Origin: Gaiellaceae bacterium
GTDB lineage: Bacteria > Actinomycetota > Thermoleophilia > Gaiellales > Gaiellaceae
Assembly (NCBI GenBank): GCA_050697375.1
Contig: JBOGZQ010000006.1
Location: 1,390 to 65,389 of the forward strand
DNA length: 64,000 bases
Direction of reading: 5' to 3'
This document shows, one piece after another, positions 8,097-17,521 of the stretch (positions are counted from its first letter, which is position 1; each line of letters starts with the position of its first letter). The translations under genes were made by a program, and so were the position numbers. Below the pieces are notes generated by a model that saw only the letters and a program-made list of their open reading frames with translations, was not told the DNA's origin and ran no database searches.

Positions 8097-9241
8097 CAGC
8101 GAGACCTCGGGAGGCCGAGCACGCGCTCGGCGACGATGTTGCGAAGGACCTCGGAGCTTCCGGCCTCGATCGTGTTGCCGCGGCTGCGCAGCTGCTGGTA
8201 GTGCCACCAGCCGTCGTCGAGGATGCCTTCGGGGCCGAGCAGCTCGCGCCCGAGCTTCGTCATTCGCTGGTTCTGCTCCGACCAGCGCAGCTTGATCGCG
8301 GAGCCCTCGGGGCCGGGGATGCCGGTCCGCGTATACGTGCCGAGCGCGCGGTAGTTCGTGTAGCGCAGTGCCTGCAGCTCGATCCACTCGGCGGCGATGC
8401 GCTCGCGGACGCCGCTTTCGCCGTTGACGTGCTCGCGCGCGGTCTCGAGCAGCCGGCCCACACCGAGGTCGAGCGCGGCCGTGAGCGCGAAGCCGAGCGT
8501 CGCGCGCTCGTGCAGGAGCGTCGTCATCGCAACCTGCCAGCCTTCGCCCTCGTCGCCGAGCCGGTTCGAGACCGGCACCTCGACATCGGTGAAGAAGATC
8601 TCGTTGAACTCCGCCTCGCCGGTGATCTGCCGCAACGGCCGCACCTCGACGCCGGGCGAGTGCATGTCGACGACGAGGTACGTCAGGCCCTTGTAGCGAG
8701 GCGCATCGGGGTCGCTGAGCGTGACGAGAATGCAGAAGTCGGCGATGTGCGCGAACGACGACCACACCTTCTGCCCGTTGACGACGTAGACGTCGCCGCG
8801 GCGCTCGGCGCGTGTGCGCGCAGCGGCGAGGTCGGAGCCTGCGTCCGGCTCGGAAAATCCCTGGCACCAGATCTCCTCCGCGGAAAGGATCTTCGCCAGG
8901 TGCGCCTTCTTCTGCGCGTCGGTGCCGTGCGCCATGATCGTCGGCCCGGCCATGCCGAGCCCGATGACGCCGACGTGCGCCGGGGCCTGCGCGCGCGCCA
9001 TCTCCTCGTAGAAGATCGCCTGGAAGCTGTAGGGCGCGCCTGCGCCGCCGTACTCCTTCGGCCAGGTGAGGCCCGCGTAGCCGGCGTCGTAGAGCTTGCG
9101 GCTCCACGTACGGCCGAAATCGTCCTCGAAGCGCTGGCCGCCGCCGCGCCAGCCGCGCTTCTCTTCCGGCAGGTTCGCGTCGACCCAGGCGCGCAGCTCG
9201 GCGCGGAAGGCGGCCTCGTCCGGGTTGTCGCGGAGGTTCAC
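8096..9241 (-). CDS. acyl-CoA dehydrogenase (alpha-type partner)
   Basis: Track ORF of 381 aa. Sequence: LTWPKEYGGAGAPY...WCQGFSEPDAGSDLAA...GEGWQVAMTTLLHER...IEAGSSEVLRNIVAERVLGLP. Confidence 0.9.
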   Translation of the reverse strand: MNLRDNPDEAAFRAELRAWVDANLPEEKRGWRGGGQRFEDDFGRTWSRKLYDAGYAGLTWPKEYGGAGAPYSFQAIFYEEMARAQAPAHVGVIGLGMAGPTIMAHGTDAQKKAHLAKILSAEEIWCQGFSEPDAGSDLAAARTRAERRGDVYVVNGQKVWSSFAHIADFCILVTLSDPDAPRYKGLTYLVVDMHSPGVEVRPLRQITGEAEFNEIFFTDVEVPVSNRLGDEGEGWQVAMTTLLHERATLGFALTAALDLGVGRLLETAREHVNGESGVRERIAAEWIELQALRYTNYRALGTYTRTGIPGPEGSAIKLRWSEQNQRMTKLGRELLGPEGILDDGWWHYQQLRSRGNTIEAGSSEVLRNIVAERVLGLPRSR

Positions 9242-9293
9242 TAGGCCCCGAGCCTACCCAGCCCCGGGCCGTTGAACAAGAAGTCAATCGCGG

Positions 9294-10232
9294 CTAGACG
9301 GCGGCGAGGGCCGCGTCGGCCTGCGGCAGGGCGACGACGGCGCGGCGGCGCTGCACGGGAATCAGCGTCACCGTGGTGAGGATGATCGCGACGCCAACCC
9401 ACTGCGACCAGCCCAGATGCTGGCCGTAGGCATAAATGCCGGCGACGACGGCAACCGCCGGGTACGTCAGTTCGCCAAGGGACGCCAGGACCGCGGGCGT
9501 CCGGCGGAGCCCGAAGTAGTAGAGCGCGAGGGCGATCAGCCCGGTGACGACCGCGAGGTACGCGATCAGCAGGCTGTCGTGCTCGTTCGAGAACGCGCTT
9601 GCGCCCATCACCGGCAGAGCGATCGCGCTCGCTATGAGCCCGAAGAAGAAGCGCAGCGACAAGATGTGCTGGAACTCGAGATCGCGGCTGAGGTAACGGC
9701 CGAGGACGGTCCCGAGCGCCCACAACACCGCGGCTCCCGTCGCTTCGGCGATGACGACGAGGCCCTTCGCGGAGGGGTCGAGCGGATGCGCCTGGTTGAC
9801 GAGCCAGAAGCCCGCCAGCGCGGGCAGGAAGAACCAGGCGAAGCGGGGCCTCGGTCGTTCGCCGAGGATTGCGGCCGCACCTGCGACCGCGACGAGTGGC
9901 TGCACCTTCTGGATGACGACCGGCGTGATGAAGTCGGAGTGGCCGATGAGTGCGTCGGTGAAGAGAATCGTCGCGACCGCCGACGCGCCCGCGCCGATCA
10001 CGATCGCACACAGGAGCGCTCGCCAGCCGGCGCGGAAGACGGCGCGCATTGCGGGAAGGAGAAGCGGCAGCGTCAGAACAACGAGAACGACGTGCTCGCC
10101 GAACACGATCGTCGTCGCACTCGTCGAACCGCCCATCGTCTTCCGGATGATCGGGTCGGTCCCCCATAGCGCGGCCGCGAAGGCCACGATGAGCACTCCC
10201 GGAACACGGTGGGCGGCGATGCGCTGGATCAT
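9294..10232 (-). CDS. EamA/DMT family transporter
   Basis: Lower part of track ORF 9294..10784 from MIQRIAAHRVPGVLIV. It reads as ten-TM-like hydrophobic segments in two halves. Its ATG overlaps the lysA stop (ATGA). Confidence 0.75.
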   Translation of the reverse strand: MIQRIAAHRVPGVLIVAFAAALWGTDPIIRKTMGGSTSATTIVFGEHVVLVVLTLPLLLPAMRAVFRAGWRALLCAIVIGAGASAVATILFTDALIGHSDFITPVVIQKVQPLVAVAGAAAILGERPRPRFAWFFLPALAGFWLVNQAHPLDPSAKGLVVIAEATGAAVLWALGTVLGRYLSRDLEFQHILSLRFFFGLIASAIALPVMGASAFSNEHDSLLIAYLAVVTGLIALALYYFGLRRTPAVLASLGELTYPAVAVVAGIYAYGQHLGWSQWVGVAIILTTVTLIPVQRRRAVVALPQADAALAAV

Positions 10233-11458
10233 CGCTCGAAGCGTAGGAGATCGGATACGGGCTGCCGAGCGCGAATGACCCGCGCCTCTCCACCTGCGAC
10301 GACGACGGCCGCCGGATTCGGGACGCCGTTGTAGGTCGACGCCATCGCGAGCGTGTACGCGCCGGTCGCGGGCACTGCGAGCACGTCCCCGCGCCGTGGA
10401 TGCGGGAGCGCGATCGCGTCGATGAGGACGTCGCCCGACTCGCAATGCTTGCCCGCGATGCGGAATACGCCGTCGGGAAGCTCCTCGGCGCGGTTCGCGA
10501 GCAGCGCCTCGAAGCGTGCGCCGTACAGCTGCGGCCGCGGGTTGTCCGACATGCCGCCGTCGACCGCGACGTACGAGACGCCGCCCGACTCCTTCACGAC
10601 GCCGACGCGGTAGAGCGTCACACCCGCCCGGCCGACGAGCGAGCGGCCGGGCTCGAGCACGACCTGCACGTCCGGCAGCCGCGCGACGAGCGGCGGGACG
10701 AAGTCCGCGATCTCCGGAACGGGCTCCTCGCGCGTGTACCTGATCCCCAGCCCGCCGCCGATGTCGAGGACGGACGGCTTCCACCCGAGCTCGTTCTCCG
10801 CGCGAGCGCAGAATGCAACGAGGCGGTCGACGGCGACGAGACTCTCCTCGACGCGCGCGAGCTGCGACCCGACATGGAAGTGGACGCCGGCGACGTCGAT
10901 GCCGAGCTTCCGGGCCTCGGCGATCGCAGCGAGCGCCGCGTCGGGCGCAAGGCCGAACTTCGATTCGTCGTGGGCCGTCTGGATCGACTGGTGGGTTACC
11001 GCCTCGACGCCGGGGGTGAGGCGGACGAACGCTCGGCGCACGCCGGCGGCGGCAGCGCGTGCGGGCTCGTCCGGCGCGTCGAGCACGACGGTCGCTCTGG
11101 CTTCGGCGGCCGCGAGGAGCTCGTCGTTCGACTTGTTGTTGCCGTGGAAGAGGATGCGGTCGCCGGCGATCCCGGCTTCGCGGGCGAAGGCGAGCTCGCC
11201 GAGCGTGGAGACGTCGGCGCCGACGCCTTCCTCGGCGAGGACCCGGAGGAGCGCGACGTTCGCGAACGCCTTCGTGCCGTAGGCGATCAGCGCGCCTGGA
11301 GCGGCCGCGCGGTAGGCGCGTGCCTGCGCGCGGATCGTGTCCTCGCAGTAGACGACGAGCGGCGTGCCGTGCTCGTCGGCGAGGCGCGAGGCGGAGACGC
11401 CGCCGAGGGCGAGCTCGCCGTCGTGGATCTCGGCGCTGAATGGGAGGAGGTCGAGCAC
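10229..11458 (-). CDS. lysA: diaminopimelate decarboxylase
   Basis: Track ORF of 409 aa. Sequence: GTPLVVYCEDTIRAQARAY...YGTKAFANVALL...HFHVGSQ...LDIGGGLG...EPGRSLVG...GKHCESGDVL...TGAYTLAMASTYNG. Confidence 0.92.
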   Translation of the reverse strand: MLDLLPFSAEIHDGELALGGVSASRLADEHGTPLVVYCEDTIRAQARAYRAAAPGALIAYGTKAFANVALLRVLAEEGVGADVSTLGELAFAREAGIAGDRILFHGNNKSNDELLAAAEARATVVLDAPDEPARAAAAGVRRAFVRLTPGVEAVTHQSIQTAHDESKFGLAPDAALAAIAEARKLGIDVAGVHFHVGSQLARVEESLVAVDRLVAFCARAENELGWKPSVLDIGGGLGIRYTREEPVPEIADFVPPLVARLPDVQVVLEPGRSLVGRAGVTLYRVGVVKESGGVSYVAVDGGMSDNPRPQLYGARFEALLANRAEELPDGVFRIAGKHCESGDVLIDAIALPHPRRGDVLAVPATGAYTLAMASTYNGVPNPAAVVVAGGEARVIRARQPVSDLLRFER

Positions 11459-11636
11459 GGACGGAGTCTGCCTGTGGACGAATCGGTACGAAGCCGGCGC
11501 GCTCTCGTCACCATCGCAGGCCGGCCGCGAAATAGGATGGCGCTCAGGTCGGTTGGGGGGAGGGAGTCGGGACCCGAGTTACACGCGCGTGTACCGGTAA
11601 GTGCGCGAATCCCGCTTGGTTGCTACGATCCGCGCG

Positions 11637-11738
11637 ATGGAGAGGCAGCTTCTTCGCTAGCGCAGGAACGACCGCGGCGACGCCGCGTCGAGTTCCCCCG
11701 GCCTCTCATCTGAGAGGCTTTTTCGTTTCCGGAGGACG
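11637..11738 (+). promoter_or_regulatory. leuS 5' leader with alternative-pairing (attenuator-like) elements
   Basis: GAGAGGC at 11640-11646 is identical to the 3' arm of the terminator hairpin (11712-11718). Both are complementary to GCCTCTC at 11701-11707. No plus-strand gene lies upstream, because lysA diverges. Confidence 0.5.
11701..11723 (+). terminator. intrinsic terminator hairpin GCCTCTC-ATCT-GAGAGGC followed by TTTTT, 15 nt before the leuS ATG
   Basis: Read directly from the sequence. GGAGGA (RBS) is at 11731-11736 and the ATG at 11739. Confidence 0.6.
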
Positions 11739-14141
<2,403 letters not shown>

Positions 14142-14165
14142 CAGAGACGCGGCCACGATTGCGGC

Positions 14166-14723
14166 ATGGACCATCGCCGCATCGTCGTCGCCTGCGTGGC
14201 CGCTGCCGTCGCAGTTCTTCTCCTCGTGCACGTCCTGCACCGCGGTCACGCGCAGGTGGCGATCCCGGTGCTGCGAACGGCGACGCACCCGCGCGTCAGA
14301 GCGGCAGCCCAGCAGCTCGTCGTCGACGTCGCAGGCGCCGTCCGCCGCCCCGGGCTGTACCACCTCGGCACCGGAACGAGAATCGCCGACGCCATCGCCG
14401 CCGCTGGCGGCGCGACGGCGCGCGCCGACGTCACGCTCGTGAACCTCGCCGCGCCGCTCGCCGACGGCGAGCAGGTACTCGTACCGGTCCGCGGCGGCGC
14501 CACGACGGCCGGTAGCGTGCCGTCGTCGACCGCGCCACTCGACCTGAACACGGCGAGCGCCGAGCAGCTCGACGCGCTTCCCGGCGTCGGGCCCGCGACG
14601 GCGCAGAAGATCATCGACTACCGGCAGGCACACGGGCCGTTCCGAAGCATCGACGAGCTCGAGGCCGTGCCCGGCATCGGCCCCTCGAAGCTCGCGCAGC
14701 TGAAAGGGCTCGTGATCCCCTGA
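14166..14723 (+). CDS. comEA: ComEA family DNA-binding competence protein (helix-hairpin-helix)
   Basis: Track ORF of 185 aa. It has an N-terminal TM segment, a SLBB-like middle region and a C-terminal LDLNTASAEQLDALPGVGPATAQKIIDYRQAHGPFRSIDELEAVPGIGPSKL. Confidence 0.88.
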   Translation: MDHRRIVVACVAAAVAVLLLVHVLHRGHAQVAIPVLRTATHPRVRAAAQQLVVDVAGAVRRPGLYHLGTGTRIADAIAAAGGATARADVTLVNLAAPLADGEQVLVPVRGGATTAGSVPSSTAPLDLNTASAEQLDALPGVGPATAQKIIDYRQAHGPFRSIDELEAVPGIGPSKLAQLKGLVIP

Positions 14724-14740
14724 TCAGGCCGACGGCGAAC

Positions 14741-16165
14741 GTGGCCGCCGTCTGCGTCGGGCTCGCGGCGTCGAACCTCGTTCGCTTCGCTCCGGTTCCC
14801 GCGCTCGCCGTCGTCGCGTGCGCGCGTGCGCCGTGCGTGCTCGCCGCAGCCGGATGGTGGTGGGGAACCCGACGCCTGGACGCGCTCGGCCACAGCGTGC
14901 TGCTGCCGAGCGTCGGCACCGCGGAGCGCGCGCTCGTCGTCACGGAGGAGCCGCCGCGCATCGGGAAGTTCGACATCCGTGCACGCGCGCTCGTCCTCCG
15001 CTGGGGCGACCTGCGCCCGCACGAGCCCGTACTCCTGCAGCTCGGCGCCGGCAGGGCGCCGCCGCAAGGCTCACGAATCTCCGTTGTCGGAGTCCTCCGC
15101 CTTCCGCGCGGGCCGTCGAACGGCTTCGACGAGTCCTCGTGGCTCCATCGTCAGGGCGTCCACGTCGTGCTGAAGGCGAAGGAATGGCGCGTCGTCGGGC
15201 GCCGGGGCGGCATCGCCGGTGTCGGCGACCGGCTGCAGCGGTGGCTCTCGGCCGATTCCGCGTACGGCCTGCACGGTGAGCGTCGGTCGGTGGTCGACGC
15301 GATCGTCCTCGGTCACGCGGAGGGACTCGACGACTCGCTGCTCGCACGCTTCCGCGCGTCGGGCCTCTACCACTGCCTTGCCGTCGACGGGCTCAAGGTT
15401 GCCACCGTTGCGGCCGGTGCGATGTTGCTCGTCCGCCGTCGCTTTGCGGGTCAACTCGCGGCGCTCGCGGCCGTCGGCGCGTACGTCCTCGCCGTCGGGC
15501 TGCATCCGTCTGTCGTGCGGGCGGCGGTCGCCGCCACGCTCGGATCGCTCGCCTGGTTGTTCTCGCGGCAGCGCGACTCGTGGCATGCGCTCCTCGTCGG
15601 CGCGGTCGTGCTGCTCGCGTGGAATCCCATGTTCGTGCTCGACGCCGGCTTCCAGCTCTCGTTCGGCGCCGTCGCCGGGATCTTCGTCGTCACGCCGCGC
15701 GTCGTGCGCGCACTCGAGGGGTATCCGGTGCCGCGTTGGCTCGCACAGCTCATCGGCGTGTCCACCGCCTGCGGTCTCGCGACTGCGCCCGTGACGTGGA
15801 TGCAGTTCCACCAGATCTCGCTCGTCACGGTCCCCGCGAACGTCGTCGCCGTGCCGGTCGTCGCGGAGATGCTCGTTCTCGCGCTCGTGACAGCGCTGAT
15901 CGCGCCGGTGGCGCCTCCCGTTGCTGCCGCTCTCGGACAGGTGAACGGCTGGGGCGCGTGGTTCGTCGCCGGCTGTGCACGCGTCTTCGGCGGCCTACCG
16001 GGCGCACAGGTGACGTCGCCACCGGGGGCCGCGCTGGTCGCCGCTGGAGCGCTCCTGGCGGGTGCATATGCTTGGCGCCATGGCCACGAACGAGCTGAAG
16101 CCGGCGTATCTCCTCTCGGGCAGCGACCGGCCGAAGATCGCGCGGGCCCTGCGCCGTCTGCGTGA
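14741..16165 (+). CDS. comEC: ComEC/Rec2 competence channel protein (short form, no metallo-beta-lactamase domain)
   Basis: Track ORF of 474 aa. It is polytopic, with ASGLYHCLAVDGLKV and AGFQLSFGAVAGI competence-domain motifs. Its 3' end overlaps holA by about 86-104 nt. Confidence 0.8.
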   Translation: MAAVCVGLAASNLVRFAPVPALAVVACARAPCVLAAAGWWWGTRRLDALGHSVLLPSVGTAERALVVTEEPPRIGKFDIRARALVLRWGDLRPHEPVLLQLGAGRAPPQGSRISVVGVLRLPRGPSNGFDESSWLHRQGVHVVLKAKEWRVVGRRGGIAGVGDRLQRWLSADSAYGLHGERRSVVDAIVLGHAEGLDDSLLARFRASGLYHCLAVDGLKVATVAAGAMLLVRRRFAGQLAALAAVGAYVLAVGLHPSVVRAAVAATLGSLAWLFSRQRDSWHALLVGAVVLLAWNPMFVLDAGFQLSFGAVAGIFVVTPRVVRALEGYPVPRWLAQLIGVSTACGLATAPVTWMQFHQISLVTVPANVVAVPVVAEMLVLALVTALIAPVAPPVAAALGQVNGWGAWFVAGCARVFGGLPGAQVTSPPGAALVAAGALLAGAYAWRHGHERAEAGVSPLGQRPAEDRAGPAPSA

Positions 16166-17051
16166 CCGCATCGGCGACGAGTCCACGGAGCACCTGAGCG
16201 CGCGTGAGGCGACCGGCGACGACGCTGTCGCCGCGTGCAACGCGATGGGTCTCTTCGTCGGTAACGGCCGGCTCGTGATCGTCGACGAGGCCGAGCGCTG
16301 GAAGACGGATGACGTCACGGCGGTCGCCGCGTATCTCGCCGCGCCGGCACCCGCGACCGTGCTCGCGCTCGTCGCCGAGGAGGTCAAGGTCGACTCGGCC
16401 CTCGGGAAGGCGGTGAAGAAGGCCGGCGAGCTCCTGACGTACGACGTGCCGAAACGCAAGGTGCCGGAGTGGGTCGCGGAGCAGTTCGCCCGCCTCGGGG
16501 CGAAGGCCGACCGCGACGCGTGCCGCGCGCTCGTCGAGGTGGTCGGCGATGACCTCGACGACCTTTCGAGCGAGATCGACAAGCTCGCCACCTGGGCGGG
16601 CGACGATGCGATCACCGTCGCCGTCGTCGAGCAGATGGCGGTCGGCCGCGCAGAGACTCCGATCTTCTCGCTCACCGACGCATGGGGGAGACGCGACGTC
16701 GGAGCCGTGCTCACGAACACCGAGTCCTTGCTCGAACGGACGCATCGCACCCGTTCGGGAGAGCTCCTGCGCATCGTCGCCTCGCTCGTCGGCCACGTCG
16801 GTCGCGTGCGCCGCATTCAGCGGCTCGCGGATGAAGGCGTCCCTGCGCGCGATGCGGCCGGGAAGCTCAAGATGCATCCGTTCGCCGCGGAGAAGGCGTA
16901 CGGCCAAGCGGGGAACTTCTCCGCCGACGAGCTCGGGCTCGCGCTCGTCCGCCTCGCGGAGCTGGACGCAGCGGCCAAGGGCGGCTCGCGCATGCCCGCC
17001 GAGCTGGAGCTCGACCGCGCGCTCGTCGATGTGACGCGCCGGGCGGTCTAG
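16080..17051 (+). CDS. holA: DNA polymerase III delta subunit
   Basis: Track ORF 16062..17051. Sequence: MATNELKPAYLLSGSDRPKIARALRRLRDRI...; the C-terminal part is LARLAELDAAAKGG. The start could be ATG 16062, 16068 or 16080. Confidence 0.8.
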   Translation: MATNELKPAYLLSGSDRPKIARALRRLRDRIGDESTEHLSAREATGDDAVAACNAMGLFVGNGRLVIVDEAERWKTDDVTAVAAYLAAPAPATVLALVAEEVKVDSALGKAVKKAGELLTYDVPKRKVPEWVAEQFARLGAKADRDACRALVEVVGDDLDDLSSEIDKLATWAGDDAITVAVVEQMAVGRAETPIFSLTDAWGRRDVGAVLTNTESLLERTHRTRSGELLRIVASLVGHVGRVRRIQRLADEGVPARDAAGKLKMHPFAAEKAYGQAGNFSADELGLALVRLAELDAAAKGGSRMPAELELDRALVDVTRRAV

Positions 17052-17055
17052 GGCC

Positions 17056-17307
17056 TTACCTTTTGGCGGCGAGGAGCTTCGCTGCCTGCGCCTTGCGGCG
17101 GGCGACGGTGTTCCGGTGGAGCGAGCCGCGGGAGGCGGCCTTGTCGAGCCAGCTGACGAGCTCGCGGTGGGCGGTCTCGACGTTCTTGCCGTCGGCCGCC
17201 TTCAGGCGCCGCATGAGCGTCTTCGCGGTGGACTTCCAGCGCAGATTCTCCAGACGCTGCCTGGAGGCCTGGCGGACGCGCTTTTCCTGTTGCTTGATAT
17301 TGGGCAT
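17056..17307 (-). CDS. rpsT: 30S ribosomal protein S20
   Basis: Lower part of track ORF 17056..17436 from MPNIKQQEKRVRQASRQRLENLRWKSTAKT... (83 aa). Confidence 0.93.
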   Translation of the reverse strand: MPNIKQQEKRVRQASRQRLENLRWKSTAKTLMRRLKAADGKNVETAHRELVSWLDKAASRGSLHRNTVARRKAQAAKLLAAKR

Positions 17308-17360
17308 TAGAGCCGCGGGATGGTAGCAGGAGAGCCGATTCGCGCCGGGAACTCCCGCAC

Positions 17361-17504
17361 ATGAACGCCAAGGACCGCCGCGGCGGCGGCGACCGACGGT
17401 TGGGCACCGACCGACGCACGAAGGACCAAGGCCCACCGGCCGGCAAGGACCGGCGCGTGGGCAAGGAGCGCCGCTCGGGCAAGGACCGTCGCACGGGCAC
17501 CTAG
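17361..17504 (+). CDS. 47-aa Arg-rich micro-ORF made of (G/A)xDRRx hexapeptide repeats
   Basis: Below the ORF-track size cutoff. My translation is MNAKDRRGGGDRRLGTDRRTKDQGPPAGKDRRVGKERRSGKDRRTGT*. The Arg codons differ between repeats (cgc/cga/cgg/cgt) while the peptide motif is kept. There is no strong SD upstream. Confidence 0.4.
   Translation: MNAKDRRGGGDRRLGTDRRTKDQGPPAGKDRRVGKERRSGKDRRTGT
17367..17495. repeat. degenerate 18-nt tandem repeat; three best copies are GGCAAGGACCGGCGCGTG / GGCAAGGAGCGCCGCTCG / GGCAAGGACCGTCGCACG
   Basis: Read directly from the sequence. There are six units, with one irregular spacer at 17421-17441. Confidence 0.7.
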
Positions 17505-17521
17505 CGCCCTATGCTCGACCC

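Noticed and set aside
11637-11660. Leu-codon leader peptide MERQLLR as the sensor for leuS attenuation
   Set aside because: It has no Shine-Dalgarno and only two Leu codons. A ribosome stalled there would mask the anti-terminator copy and increase termination under leucine starvation, which is the opposite of what a synthetase gene needs.
11459-11738. T-box riboswitch classification of the leuS leader
   Set aside because: The conserved T-box sequence GGGUGGUACCGCG is not present; only ACCGCGG matches. The UGGN that pairs with the tRNA 3' end is missing. I could not identify a specifier loop or stem I motifs by eye. It is kept as an unclassified attenuator.
17048-17500. 150-aa minus-strand ORF with RRSLP repeats overlapping rpsT
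   Set aside because: It is the antisense reading of the DRR repeat region, extended through rpsT in a wrong frame. rpsT itself is unambiguous in another frame.
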